DNA of 61,768 bases, counting the filler, from Choristocarpus tenellus KU-1152 (taxonomy: Eukaryota > Protista > Phaeophyceae), in NCBI GenBank assembly GCA_964200185.2. It is 8 parts of 8 records of this genome, joined end to end, with 100 filler letters (N's around TTAATTAATTAA, not from the genome) between each part and the next. Parts side by side here need not be neighbours in the genome. Positions count along the whole stretch, not along the records: positions 31,389 to 41,225 come from CAXNAD020003344.1; positions 41,326 to 45,863 come from CAXNAD020014106.1; positions 45,964 to 56,720 come from CAXNAD020002733.1; 5 more parts are not named here. One strand, given 5' to 3'. Below, one piece after another: positions 40,201-52,600 of the stretch (the first letter of the stretch is position 1; every line of letters begins with the position of its first letter). Made by a program: the position numbers and the translations under genes. The notes beneath the pieces are model-generated. The model did not search any database. It was given only the letters and a program-made list of their open reading frames with translations, and had not been told where the DNA came from.

Positions 40201-40692
40201 AGTTGGTGAAGCCAAACTGTTACAATCAACACAACAATAAGAACTGTCGAAAAAGCCAAACTGTTGTTTAATAATTTCCTCGCCATTGTGAAAGAGGTTG
40301 AAAGACAGGGTACATTTATTCGAAGAAGTATTATTTCCATCGTATGTACCGGAGCAGTAGCTTAGAGATCACAACCGGAGCCAAATGGGACATACCTCGG
40401 CCCTACACACTCCCCCCTGTGTCTCCTCAATCTTGATGTTACTCTTGAAAAAAACCCCAACCCTAACCACGAGTGTAGTTCTGTTTCTAACCCTAAACCT
40501 ACACACCCAGAAAGGACCATGTCGCAAACCCTGCATCGACGACACTGATCATGCGATCTCCGCATACGCACAACATCATCATACCTGAGTGAGCTTGAGG
40601 GATACCTCCGCCTCCATCTTCCTCAAGGACACTCGGTCCTGTTGCTCGTGGAGCAAGTGCTTGACTCGCTGCTTGTAAATCTTGATCTCCAC
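31901..40692 (-). CDS. GAS8: GAS8 / dynein regulatory complex subunit 4 (DRC4), seven internal exons: 40692-40585, 38679-38600, 37816-37696, 36209-36033, 35220-35119, 34225-34103, 32074-31901
   Basis: The spliced product contains [81 protein letters not shown]|VLYQR and [15 protein letters not shown], all hallmark GAS8/trypanin motifs. Phases are consistent; one GC donor. Confidence 0.95.
33394..33652 (+). mobile_element. MITE family B, full length (259 bp)
   Basis: Imperfect TIRs GAGTGAAAGTATCATAGAGGGTA ... TACCCTCTAAGGTACTTTAGCTC; homologous copies at 31389, 44495 and 57622. Confidence 0.9.
36322..36432. repeat. Degenerate hexamer tract (GTAAGT/GTAACT)n in a GAS8 intron
   Basis: Directly visible; about 18 units. 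Confidence 0.85.
37250..37620 (-). mobile_element. Decayed non-LTR retrotransposon fragment (post-RT region, CRE/R2-like type)
   Basis: [17 protein letters not shown] (~GxxVLGxPIGxxxF) is followed by [22 protein letters not shown] (~GGLGLRSxxxxAxxAFxAS). Recognised by eye. Confidence 0.35.
39018..39278. mobile_element. MITE family C (261 bp) inserted in an (A(A/G)AGTAC)n tract
   Basis: TIRs of about 28 bp, GAATCAAAGTAAACGAGAGGTACCCAGG ... CCTGGGTACCTCTCATTTACTTTGACCC; flanks AAA/AAA (or AAAG/AAAG). Confidence 0.85.
39623..39724. repeat. Degenerate interstitial (TTAGGG)n tract of about 100 bp in a GAS8 intron
   Basis: ...GGTTAGGGGTAGGTTAGGGGTAGGTTAGGGTTAGGGTTAGG... Confidence 0.9.
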
Positions 40693-41173
40693 CTGCATGC
40701 ACGGACGCGGCTTCAGGCTGTGAGTGAATTGGAAGCGTATGTTGCAGGGGCGGGGAGGGATTAGGAGGAGGGATTGCTTGAGGGCCTCCCCGGATTGCCG
40801 TTGTACTGACTGACCTCACTACTCAGCATTCAGTAGTACCAAATCGATAGCGCCGTGGGTGGGGGCGCAGGCAGAGGACCAGGAGCATGTGGAAGGGACT
40901 GTTCGCGCCGGTGGGTCCTAAATATAGGTCCATCATCCCCACTCCAAACCTGAGACACCGAATGGCAGATAAGGTTCCCGGTCTCCTTTCTACCCAGTGA
41001 TAGGTAGATAGATAGAGAGGGCTATGTAGTGTGCCTGGTGAACACACACGCACACGCCTTCCACTAAGCGTTTTCCCCCCCAGTCACACCTAATTCACAA
41101 AATAAAAATAAAAAATAGGATCCCCTACAACGTTTTGAGTGCGTGCCCGCAGCTTACGCCAGAAATCAAATCA

Positions 41174-41225
41174 GGCCCGTAGTATCCCAGAGAGGGGAGG
41201 GTTTCGGGCGTCCATTCGTTTGGGG
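41174..41225 (+). mobile_element. Diverged MITE family A-like left end at the contig end
   Basis: GGCCCGTAGTATCCCAGAGAGGGGAGGGTTTCGGGCGTCCATTCG resembles GACCCGAAGTATCTGAAGGG...GGTGTCCATTCG of the 43640 copy. Confidence 0.5.
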
Positions 41226-41325
41226 NNNNNNNNNNNNNNNNNNNNNNNNNNNNNNNNNNNNNNNNNNNNTTAATTAATTAANNNNNNNNNNNNNNNNNNN
41301 NNNNNNNNNNNNNNNNNNNNNNNNN
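41226..41325. other. Artificial contig linker
   Basis: N44-TTAATTAATTAA-N44. Confidence 0.98.
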
Positions 41326-41339
41326 CGCCCCCTCACAAA

Positions 41340-41367
41340 CCCCCCCCCCCCCCAGATACTTTGACCC
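41340..41367. mobile_element. MITE family A terminal inverted repeat at the contig start
   Basis: C-run followed by AGATACTTTGACCC. Confidence 0.7.
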
Positions 41368-42019
41368 ACAAGGATCAACAGAAATAGCCGAAAGAGAAGA
41401 TATTTTTGTACAATAAGAAGAGAGTGAGCTAATTGTAGTGAAACCAGTCTACTAGCCTCTCTCCTGCATTGACACCCTTGTTTAGTGTGGGTTCTGTTGT
41501 AACCTTGAAGCATGAAAATATTGTGTATTGCACAGGGGTAATGTATATATATATATATATATATGTGATGCAGAATGGCCAATACATGTATATCTCCAAG
41601 ATAGTGTGTCTTACCAGTTTCTCTGTGTTCCCCTGCTTACCCCCTTCGGTTTGTTAGCTGTAAGTTGCACAGAATCAAGTTCTTGAGCAAGTGAGAATAG
41701 TCCATGTGCGTCATAACCCCCCCAGAACCAGCCTTCACTTGCGTTTTAAATCGACGTGGTATTCTTACACCTAGTTCTCGCTACTAGTGCTTCCTGTATG
41801 ACAATGAGTGATCCTTATCTTTCCATTTACGGAACCCAACAGCGCAAAAACCGACAGTGTTGGATATCAAGCTGGGTGCAGTGTTTCTTCTTGAGTATCT
41901 GCCTCGTGGAGTCATAAGGAAGAAACAACATTATGTACATTTGAGTCTCGAGCATCCGAATCTCAGCTCAAGTGGTAAACCAAGTGTTCGATTGTATAGT
42001 TTTCACAGCAATTTATGAA

Positions 42020-43620
42020 GCGCCCACATCCCTGTCGGATCCATCTGTGTATCTTGGTGGTAACATCATCATTGTCACTGATTGACCCCCCGACATAACA
42101 AAACCTGTTACTCTGATGTACTGTTGCCCTGCAGGCTCAATCTGCATGATGTCTTTATGGGGGACCTGGAGAGACACAATGCCCATCCTCTCCTCCAACA
42201 AGGTCTGTCCAAATGTTTTGCATATAGTTCCAACCATGGTCATGATGATGTCTTTCTTGGCCCAACTCTTTTGGACCCATGACAAAATGCCCACATCATA
42301 GGAACAAAGCATGTACCACAGCAGTATCTACTGCTTGCTCCTTCTCCCTTGCCTATTGTCCTGCATTTATTTCCTACTCTCCCCACAATAATACAGTCTT
42401 CTCGACGACCACCCTCTTTGGTGCTGAACATCTCAGTCACCACATTACGCAATGGGGTAAGGAATAAGAGGATGAGCATCAATGGAGCAGGGACACACTC
42501 CTTAGTGAAGGCCTTGTTCAATACCAAACCATTCTGTGCGCTCCATATCACCCACCTTTCAAAAAAATTGTACTACGACATGGAATTGATGAATGATCGA
42601 AATCAGAGTAGTACCATCTGAGAGGGGGGTGTCATTGACGTTTAAGGGTCTCCGTGGCTTTTCTATTTGTGTATGTGTTTAACCCCGTCAAAGCATTCAT
42701 GGTTAACAACGTGCCCTCAGTTAAGTTATCTTCTATTGCCATACCCTCTAAAGGGGGTTATCTACACTTCAAGAATTTACAAGGTTAAATTGAAGGCCCG
42801 AAATCAACCCCCTTTTCAGATGGTTTCACTCTCATCATTGAAGGTACCCTGAACTTGACCTGTACGGTTCAAGGAAGGTCTTTTGACACCCTACGCCACT
42901 TGCAAGTCATTGAACCACATGTACAAGTGAACTTGTTGCTTATCTGAACTTCTTCAAGACATGTGGCATGAATATCAAGTCAATGGTCAACTGCCAAGGA
43001 TGGAATCCACATTCTCTTCAGCAGTATGGCCTTCCATTCACCACAGACTCCCCCAGGATTTATGCAACAACTTTGGGGAGCATTTTATAGGCATGTAGCA
43101 CCACCAAAATATCACCCCTACCGCCACCACATTGAACACAGCATTTCTCCCTTGTAATGAGTTTTGATTATTGTGCATATTCATCTCTGAGGTGCTTCTT
43201 CCAAATGCCATAAGGCAAGTATGATGCTGTTAGAAAACCTGCGCAAGAAAGGGGTCTTCATCAACTCCCCGTCCACTGGGAGGTCAACTGGCCCAACGAC
43301 CTTCCTCTTTGCCAAAGCAAGTATGGTACACTTCACGTCCCTTATTGTATAGACCTTTCAGTAAGTACGTAGTATGGTGCATAAGGGGGCAATGGCTTGA
43401 GGCGGTTGGATTTTACCAGTTTAGACCAATGAAGCTCGATGTATCTCATCCAGTAGTCCTGCTTCTATAAGCAAGTTGCCCACTTTATCTCGGATGATGA
43501 ATGGAGACCTGCTCTGTTTGCTCCCGTCCCCATTGAAGGTTTTGACACACTGTTTGAAAATACTGACCTGATCCCCTGGCCCTATGCGTTTCTTTTGTCT
43601 CTGTGGGTATAGGTGACAAA
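42020..43620 (-). pseudogene. Decayed DNA-transposon transposase, Sola-like (DNCxGxNKN...GHT type)
   Basis: Frameshifted pieces occur in colinear order: WKKHLRDEY...REKCCVQC (CxxC), GHVVNHE, SDGTTLISIIHQF, MQDNRQGRRSKQ*ILLWYMLC...VGILSWVQKSWAKK and, after a 1-nt shift, (G)HHHDH. Many stops; assigned by eye. Confidence 0.4.
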
Positions 43621-43639
43621 AATGTCCTGCACACTATAT

Positions 43640-43821
43640 GACCCGAAGTATCTGAAGGGGGGGGGGGGGGGGTCTACACCACGGTGTCCATTCGGGTCCT
43701 GACCAGGAGAAGTGCACTTACATTATCCATCTGACACATGCAACCAAATAACACAAAATCGCGACATGGAAAAATGGAGCCCAAATGGATAGCCGTCACC
43801 TCCCTTCAGATACATCGAACC
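43640..43821 (+). mobile_element. MITE family A, full length (~182 bp)
   Basis: TIRs GACCCGAAGTATCTGAAGGG ... CCCTTCAGATACATCGAACC; the interior aligns with 55992-56170. Confidence 0.88.
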
Positions 43822-44494
43822 AAACTCACCCCTGAAGCAGTTTGTCAGTTACTTTCGATACCTTCTTGAGAGTGCCTTGTCTGTGCCCAATGCTAAACCG
43901 ACGAGAGGTAGGCAGGCTTGAATCCCTTTGCATGCTATACCATATTTCTTACTCTGTGTAATATACTCTATTACATTACTTTATGTGCACAATAGTGTAG
44001 GCAAAATTTGATTTCCCCCCTTTTCCTAACACAAAGTGACACCACAAATAAGCAAATACTCTTCCTGCAACTGTACAAAATAGGGTATTTTTGCTCTTTC
44101 TCAGGATCCTTGGAATGCAATGTTGACTACCTCTCAATTGGTTTCAAGTCTCCTGGTTGGCACACAGTTGCATCCGAATTTCCTCCCTCATTCGTCAAGC
44201 CTCCAAAATCCTCCCTTGAACCTCACTGGTTGTTCACGATGATCCTAGAGAGAAGAGTTTTGGGTGCTGGGATAGAGGACAGTACTAGTTCTAATGGACT
44301 AATATTAGTAAATACGTGCACAATAGTAGTAGTCAGTAGTAAGGGTATCAGTAATTGTAGTATTATTAGTAGTAGTCCATTGAAAAGAGTATACTTAGTG
44401 TGATAGCAATCTTTCAACTAAGGTATACCTTAAGGTTACCTACTTCGACAGGATATTCTTTAGTTTATGTTGCTCATATGACATGTTGAAGTTA

Positions 44495-44751
44495 GAGTGA
44501 AAGTATCTCAGAGGGTACGAGTTTTGCCCTGTTTGTCCATTTGGGGCTTGGCTTCCCTCGGGTTTTTTTATGACATTTTCCTACTCCAAAATGTTTTGGA
44601 GTAGGAAAATGTATACGTTAAGAAAAGGTGTGTCCGGAACAAGGATATAGATACTTCCTAATAAACACAATAGCCAAAATTATATCACAATCGCAACATT
44701 GGATATTGACCCCCAAATGGACGCGGCTCTACCCTCTAAGATATTTGACTC
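44495..44751 (+). mobile_element. MITE family B, full length (257 bp), with a GTTA target-site duplication
   Basis: GTTA|GAGTGAAAGTATCTCAGAGGGTA ... TACCCTCTAAGATATTTGACTC|GTTA. Confidence 0.9.
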
Positions 44752-44813
44752 GTTAACATCTGTTCAAAGTAAATGGGTGGATTGAGGGGACCTTGCAAAC
44801 CCCCCTCGTTCAC

Positions 44814-44966
44814 CTTTTGCTTGTTCACTCTTTCCAGAGTGATCTTCTGAGGGATCACTATCTTTCCTGCCTTCTCTATCTCCATTCCCTTCCTCCTGTG
44901 GATATTCCTGCTTCCCTTCAGTCTGAAGAACCTGTTGGCCTGTTTCCATCTGTTTCACGTTAGTCT
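44814..44966 (-). CDS. Possible isolated exon of an unidentified host gene (charged, low complexity)
   Basis: tag|AG...AAAG|gtgaac, 153 nt, open frame ETNVKQMETGQQVLQTEGKQEYPQEEGNGDREGRKDSDPSEDHSGKSEQAK. I could not link it to other exons. Confidence 0.3.
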
Positions 44967-45340
44967 CTACATAATTATGCCCCCTCAGATTTGCAAGTGT
45001 GTAAGGGAAAGAAAGATTCAAGACAATGTCACAAGTATATATTGTTGATATTACAAACTTCAGGAGGGTTACATCAATAGTGGTACCAATAGCTTCGCCC
45101 TCTGGGGATGTCCCGTCATAACTTTTGATGTAGACATCGGATAAATAAAATGAAAGCATATTCGTGATGCCTGTCACAACGCCCTCCAGAGTACAGGCTT
45201 CGTTTTTTCACGATTTGTTTTTTTGAAGAATGAGCGCCCATATTGGGGTTCGAACCCGGGATTGTAGGTCACCAAGAGTGCCAACAGATGCACTATCACT
45301 CGATTAAAGTATAGGGATTAGATGGGAAAAAAGCCTCCCT

Positions 45341-45654
45341 ACCCTTTATTCTCGTGTATTCGCGCACCCACTCTTTGACCTCAGCAAGGATGTCCTTGTC
45401 GACGCCCAGAACGAAACGCTTCTCGTAGTGCCCTTGCTCCGACATCTTGATGTAGCCCTTAGCTAGGAAGTCCCTCTCCTATCTATTCACAATTTCCGAC
45501 TTGACCATCGCATATCCTGCTGCCATCTCGAGTGCCGTTTGACGGTCTTTCCTGTCGTTCATACACAAGTACAGAACCCGCAGTGTTAGAGCCTTTACTA
45601 TCACATTCCCTCGTTGAGTGCCGGAAATGGGTGTCGTCCGTGTTTCCTGGGCAT
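45341..45654 (-). pseudogene. 5' fragment of an IS630/Tc1-like transposase (one frameshift, one in-frame stop)
   Basis: MPRKHGRH...ALEMAAGYAMVKSEIVNR*ERDFLAKGYIKMSEQGHYEKRFVLGVDKDILAEVKEWVREYTRIKG matches the N-terminal pattern A.E.AA...KS...V..W...F...G....S.QG+Y...L..+D......WVREN...KG of the eukaryotic transposases that carry a downstream DGHERxDV motif. Confidence 0.55.
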
Positions 45655-45863
45655 GTTATATTTTATCATCAAGGTGCAAGGGAGAGGGGGGACAGGCTTG
45701 AGTTGATCGAAAAATGTGTTGATTTCTCGAATGAATGCAAGAGGGGAGAGCGCCTTAACTTTATACGTCCAACCCGAAGTCCAGGAACAAAATTGAATGT
45801 ACGGCATCGTGCAAGAAGTGGGAGACACCAAACCATCGGTGTGCAAATAGTCTCAATCTCACC

Positions 45864-45963
45864 NNNNNNNNNNNNNNNNNNNNNNNNNNNNNNNNNNNNN
45901 NNNNNNNTTAATTAATTAANNNNNNNNNNNNNNNNNNNNNNNNNNNNNNNNNNNNNNNNNNNN
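45864..45963. other. Artificial contig linker
   Basis: N44-TTAATTAATTAA-N44. Confidence 0.98.
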
Positions 45964-46611
45964 GGGGGGGTGTTTCCAGTTGTATGCTTGAATGCCATAT
46001 CCTTGTTTTTTGTAGGACAAATAATGCAAAAATACAAGCAGGCTATTCACAATGCTGCTGCTAGTTGACCTCTTATAAATCATTCCATATTGATGGTAGT
46101 ATCTGCTCTTTCCAATAGTGATACATGGTGATGTGAACCTCAAGTGCCATGACTGTCTCTTGGATGAGTTCTCTTTTTTGTTCTCTTGATGGATGCATCT
46201 TAATAGTAGTAGTTAGTAGTTATTGTAATGGAATGAATCTTTGATTCAATGTACTGTCAAGTCTTTTTGCGTCATCTGTTTTGTAGTACATTCTGGTTAA
46301 TGGTCGTCTCTTTCCTGTTGTTACACTTACAACAATGGAGGCTTACCCACATCTTCACGCCAGCATATTCTCTTCAGTGGCGATGATTTTTTTGTAACAC
46401 AAAAGGGGTCCAATTTGTGCTCCTTTCTGGTTTGATGTTGCCTAACTTGTGTAGTAATGTGTCAACTTCAATGTTATTTTGTTTTGGTGTTGCCTAACTT
46501 GTGTAGTAATGTATCAACTTCAATGTTTTCTTGTGAGAACGTTTTATGAATAGCCTCACGGTGTTTACAAACGTCAACAAATGTCAACAAATGTCAACAT
46601 GCTGTGTTTAG

Positions 46612-49600
46612 GACTGGGATAATATGGAGAGGATGTGGCAGCAGTGTCTCTTTAAGTACCTCCGTTGTGAGCCAGAGGAACATCATGTCATGCTCACAGA
46701 ACCACCCCTCAACACACCAGAGAACAGGTGCATTGCAAGACCCACTTGTCTAAAAAATCGTTGGTAATACTGCTGTCATCCATTGCGATTGTTGATGGTA
46801 AAGGATGCGTGTCGATGGTTGTCATTGTGAGACGTGTGCGTTTTGTCTATTTGGAGTTTGCAAGGCGTTTTTCAACTCTGTACAGGATGAAGACGCTCAA
46901 AATAGGTTGTTGGTAAAGATAATTAGCTTCTGATAACTGGATGTAGTTACTGTACAAACAAAAGCAGACAAAAAGGCTCTCTACAGATGTGGACTATGTG
47001 CTCCAAAAACATGTGCCACCAAAAAAGTTAGAGGGGTTCTGTCAAGACTCAGTGGCACCCTCCCCTCAGTTGGCTAAGTTGCTTTTACTCATTGTGTGTG
47101 TATGGTGTGGTGTTTGTGGTTAGTAGTAGTAGTCAATGGACTGGAAGAGCATCACTGAGTGTGGGTTGGACAGGTTGTTTTGGATTGAACTTTGTGTTTT
47201 GATTTTTTTAGTGTAAGTGTTCTTATTGGTACAAGAAAGGATTAATCATTTTTCTGTTGTTGTGCAGAGGGGACTTCACCACTGTTCCAAATCTTGACAA
47301 ACATCATAATACTGACTAACACTTCATCACTCTATGGTGAAAAAGCATTCACATTCCATGACATGAATGGACACAATAAAGTTTTTGTTGTTGATCTCTT
47401 GATACCCATGCAGGGAGTGTACAGCAGAGATCATGTTTGAGACCTTTGGTGTACCTGGATTATATATAGCAGTACAAGCAGTGCTTGCTCTGGCTGCATC
47501 CTGGAGTGCAAAGGAGGTATTTTGTTTTCTATGATCAAGACTACTGTAGATCCATTGCATGTGAAAGTGTTGATGTGTAGAATACTGACATGTTTTTTAC
47601 TCTCAATTAGGTCATGTAGGGTATACCTCAGGGTAGGTTGAATGCCATCAATATTAACAGGGCTGAAATATGGATTTTGTACTGTATTATATTGTTGTGT
47701 TGTCTTGTATTGTATTATACTGTACTACATTGTAATCTATTGTAATATACTGTATTGTACTGTGCTGTGCTCTGCTATACTGTACTTTATTGTATTGTGT
47801 TGTACTATACTGTATTTTATTGTATTGTTTGAACCAATTGTGCAACTACTACTTGATTAAGGTACACAATTGTCAACTACTACTTGATTAAGATACACAA
47901 TTATCAACTACTACTTGATTAAGGTACACAATTATCAACTACTACTTGATTAAGGTACACAATTGTCAACTACTACTTGATTAAGGTACACAATTGTCAA
48001 CTACTACTTGATTAAGGTACACAATTGTCAACTACTACTTGATTAAGGTACACAAGCGCACACTGACTGGTACAGTGATTGACTCTGGGGATGGAGTCAC
48101 CCACGTCATACCAGTTGCGGAGGGGTATGTGATCGGCAGCTGCATCAAACACATCCCCCTTGCTGGAAGGTTAGGCAACACACTCCAGTGTCTCATGCTA
48201 GTCACCACTTTATACAAAGTGCACAAGTAGGATGAGGACACTCCCATCGATTCTCATCTAATGTGTAGCTTGTGCTTGGTGTCACTTGATATGATTGTTT
48301 CACTAGATGGTATTTTTTGCAGTGTTGGGTGTGTTTTTGGTACTGGCGACCCTTATCATGTATGTTCTTATGGTTACTGCTATTTGGTGTGTGGTCGATG
48401 TGTGTTAAGTACCTGTTGAGTGCATTTTCAGTGTGAGAATGCTTTGAAGTGGTTAGGGTTTAAGGCTAGTCTATACTTGAAGTTTTACTATGTGAGATAT
48501 AGTTGCTAGTAAGATTTTTGGTGATTATGGTCGATGTGCACACCACCTGAGGACTATTGTATTACTAATAACCTGCATTGCCTCTTTGTAACCCCAGGGA
48601 TATCACCCAGTTTATCATGAACTTACTGCGGGATAGGCGGGAAGATGTACCTCCGGAGGATCTCTTGGATGCTGCAAGGTGTGGTGATGTTAGCATTGCT
48701 TTTGCTGTGTGTGCCCTATATTGGTGCTTACTATTGTTAATTGTGGTTATCATGTACTGCTATGGAGTAGTAGACAAGTTACTGCGATTGGTGTTATCGG
48801 TACCATTGATTTGTTACTACTACTTTTGTTACTACTACTTTGAAGTAGTCTGTATGCACTACTCCACTCTTGCATGAAGTGTTAGGGTTGTTATGGTCTC
48901 ATTGATAAATTGATAGTGTTGACTCCACGGTGGAGTGTGCTTGTGTGGTGCATCGGAGGGTATAGTGACGAAGTGTATAGTGACAAAATGTATAGTGACA
49001 AATGTATAATGACAAAATGTATAGTGACAAAATGTATAATGACAAAATGTATAGTGACAAAATGTATAATGACAAAATGTATAATGACAAAATACTTTGA
49101 AAGTGTTGTACGGTGTGTGGCCAACCTTATAGAGGTGGGCTTGCTAGAGCTGTCCTGATTTCTGTTGAAGTAATTTTCACTGTTAGTGGTAGTTCTGAAA
49201 CCTACCTATTTGCACATGAATTGCATGTACCTTATATTGTCGATAATGTCAATAGTGGTTCATTGAAATTGTATGACTCCAGTGGGTTGAAGAGTTTACT
49301 CCAGTTGTGTAGTGTGTGGAGTCCAGTGGGTTCCGGGACCTGTTGTTGCCCTGTTTGATATTGTTGGTGAGTGATAATCATTGCCTGCAAGAAGATGCTC
49401 ATTTGAATTTTTTTGGGGGAGATTGTCCTGATTGATTGTTAATCTTGAGATTGCATAATTGTATAGTGAAGAAACTTCTACCTAAGTAGTTCAAAGATAT
49501 ATATATATATAAATATATGAATGTTTGTATGTTACCTTTCAATTCTAATATGCTAATTTTACCCTGTTGAAGTGGTTTTGTGATAGGTGTAGTAGTGAAA

Positions 49601-52600
49601 TATGTTTTTAGTTCAGAGCACCACAGAGAAGCTCAAATACCTTGATTGGAAGTATTGATAAGTATTGTGGTTTGATGTTGGTTCATCATTATCATCATCA
49701 ATGTACTTAACTAAATGTAACTGAGTGCTTGCCAATGACAAGCTTTGAGTAGCTTGCCAAACTTTTGAGGTTTCTGGATACTTTTTTGACAGCAATCTTG
49801 TGCTAAGTGCTATTAGTTGTTTAGCTTTTAAAGGAAATTAGAATATTCGGAGTTGTGAATTTATTACTTCTGAGGCATGGGAGTGTAGTACTACCTTGCC
49901 CAGTTAGATGTGAGTGTGATGTAGTAGTGAAGTAGTATAGCATCAAGACCCTAGACAACAGTCATTAAATGCAAACAATATTGGAACCATTTGCACACAC
50001 CCTTGGTCCACGATGAGGTATCACGTCCTCCTCCCACCGCTCTTCTCACACGTAAGGCCGTCCGTTATTGTCACTCCTCCTGTTCTGTCCTTTCCTTTCA
50101 CATCACATCATCTCACATCTGTCCATCGTCTCACATCATGTCACATCACATCATCTCACATCTGTCTGTGTTACTGATGTGTTCTGGATATTTTGGCTAG
50201 ACGTATCAAGGAGCAGAACTGCTACTGTGCCCCTGATATGGTAAAGGAATACACCAAATATGATGCAGACCCTAACAGGTTCTTTCGCATGTACACTGGG
50301 AAGAGGGTGAGTTAAGTCAAGGGGAGATGTCGAGCACTTTTATTTTTTCAGTGATTTAACTTTTTTTTTTAAATACTTAGAGCCAGCTAGAGTGTGCCGA
50401 GATCATTTGTATCACATCTGTTTCTTACCTCTAAAGTTGAGTGTGAATTATATAGTTGAATTTAAGTGGTTTTATTACAGTTGTATGGTCTGGTTGGCTT
50501 GTTTATGTTCCTACTGCATTGTTAGTGAGTTGATTTCAAGGGTGATCAAAAATGGAGTAGTTGAAATGCATGTAGGGAGCAGGGAACCCCTGTTGCACTA
50601 CCCAACTGCTTTACTCAGTTTCTAATTGAGTTGACCCCCTGATTGGTCAAGGACACTTTTTAAAATTATTTTTTCAAGATTTTTTTTTCATTGTGACATA
50701 CAGGTAGGTGTATATTAGAAACAGTACACTGCTGGTGTCTTCTGCATAGTATATGCTGTTGATTAAAAAAAACAAACGGTTGGTGTGTTTGCTTCTCAGG
50801 TCAGTGTCCTCACTCGGGCTTATCTATCATCTATCTTATCTATCATCTATCTTCCCCTGTGTTTTGCCTGTGTTTTGGATGGCAAGAGGTGTATGCATGT
50901 AATTGAAACCTGCATATATTTATGTATATATTTATTTTTTTGGCTGTATGGTGTTTATGCAATACGATGGGAGGTCTTGGAGGTTTTGTTTGGGTGTTTT
51001 AGAACACTATTGCTATTTCTATCTTGTGTGGTGATGTAAAATTGGTCAAGAAAAAGGTATGTGTACCTCTGCAGTGGAGTACCACCCTCAGAAATCAAAC
51101 ACCGATCTACGTCTGTCTTCCTCATATGTATGCTAAGCCTACTACTAGTAGCATTTAATAACGTTTCATATGTATGCTAAGCCTACTACTTGTAGCATTT
51201 AATAACGTTTCATATGTATGCTAAGCCAACTTTGTGCATAAATGTTTCATGTTCAAGTGAACAACTGCTGACACACTTTTTTGTTGACCATGTTGCTTTT
51301 TGGGATGCTTGATGTGTCAACAGAAAAATGGAACCGATTATGCTGTGGATGTTGGCTATGAGAGGTTTCTTGGTCCAGAGATGTTTTTCAACCCGGAGAT
51401 TTTCAGCTCTGATTTCATTGTGCCCTTGCCCGAGGTGGTGGATGAGGCCATCCTCAAGTGCCCGATTGATACAAGGAGGGGGTTGTACAAGGTCTGGTGA
51501 CACGTCCTACTTGTGCGTTAAAATTGTTTGGTACATGTTGTGTCAGCATTGCAGACCTATTGTCATAAAGCTGATCGTTTGTTTGGCCTGGCATGATTTC
51601 TCGAAGAGGGTCAGCTCTGCATCACTTGATGGTGTGTCTTTGAAGGGGGTGTCTCACTTGATGGTGTGTCAAACTGGTGATACTCTCTCTGAACTTTTTG
51701 ATGTTTGTAACTCTTGCCCGCAGATGACAGGTCTACAGCGCACTGGCTCTTTCTGTTGCTGCGTGGAAGGGTGTTGTACTTTTTGGGGATATTTTTTTGT
51801 GCTTCCGAGGGTCGACATCGTTGGACAGTACACACCATCCCTAACCCTAACTCCGCCATTGCTTGTTTCGTTTTGTGTATCCCTGATTGTTGTGGTAGAG
51901 GTTACTATTGCTGATTTGTAACCGTTGTAACTGTTGTAACTTCCAGTGCGGAATGGTCCTCCCGGTTCCTTTCACTCTGCCTGCCTGCCCTTGCCTATGA
52001 ATATTTTCACCGGTGCTAAGTAGCCCCTTGTCAAAAGTTGAAGGAATAATTTTTAAATATCCTTGATACGTGTTCTGTCATGTCTGTCATTCATCTCTGC
52101 TTACCTGTATTCGGTTCTATTGGTTCAGAACATTGTTCTCTCTGGAGGGTCTACCATGTTCAAGGACTTTGGTCGCCGACTTCAGCGAGACATCAAGAGG
52201 AGGGCCGATAGTAGGATGGAGGCCAACAAGCGCATCACAGCATTGGTAGCACTAGCCCTAACCCTAAGTACTAGAATTAGCAATGATTAGCCCTAGCCCT
52301 CTCTGTAGTACTATAATTAGCAATAATTAGCAGTAGAGAGGGCAATCAGTTCGCACCCTGGTAACCCCTGCCCTCTTTCACTTCACCTTGGCAGGCATGC
52401 TTTTATCATGTATTTGTTGGATGTGTGACCTGACTCTGTGTGGTTTGAATGAGGCCCCTTCTTGTGAAATATGGGATGGTGTGGAGTGTGGTGGGATACA
52501 GTTTTCTTTTGTTTGTTCAGAGGAATAAGAAATTTATGAATGGTTCGTGGTGTCTTGGATCTTCTTACTTACACTTGAATGGCTCGGTGATATATCTTGA

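Noticed and set aside
39865-40340. Possible Copia gag remnant in a GAS8 intron
   Set aside because: The resemblance is vague ([13 protein letters not shown]), with no zinc knuckle, LTR or pol motifs.
45230-45320. tRNA gene
   Set aside because: A B-box is present, but the acceptor, D and anticodon stems do not pair convincingly.
41326-45863. Stop-codon reassignment or selenocysteine read-through suggested by in-frame stops
   Set aside because: The stops co-occur with frameshifts only in TE relics; the conserved genes use the standard code with normal TAG/TGA ends.
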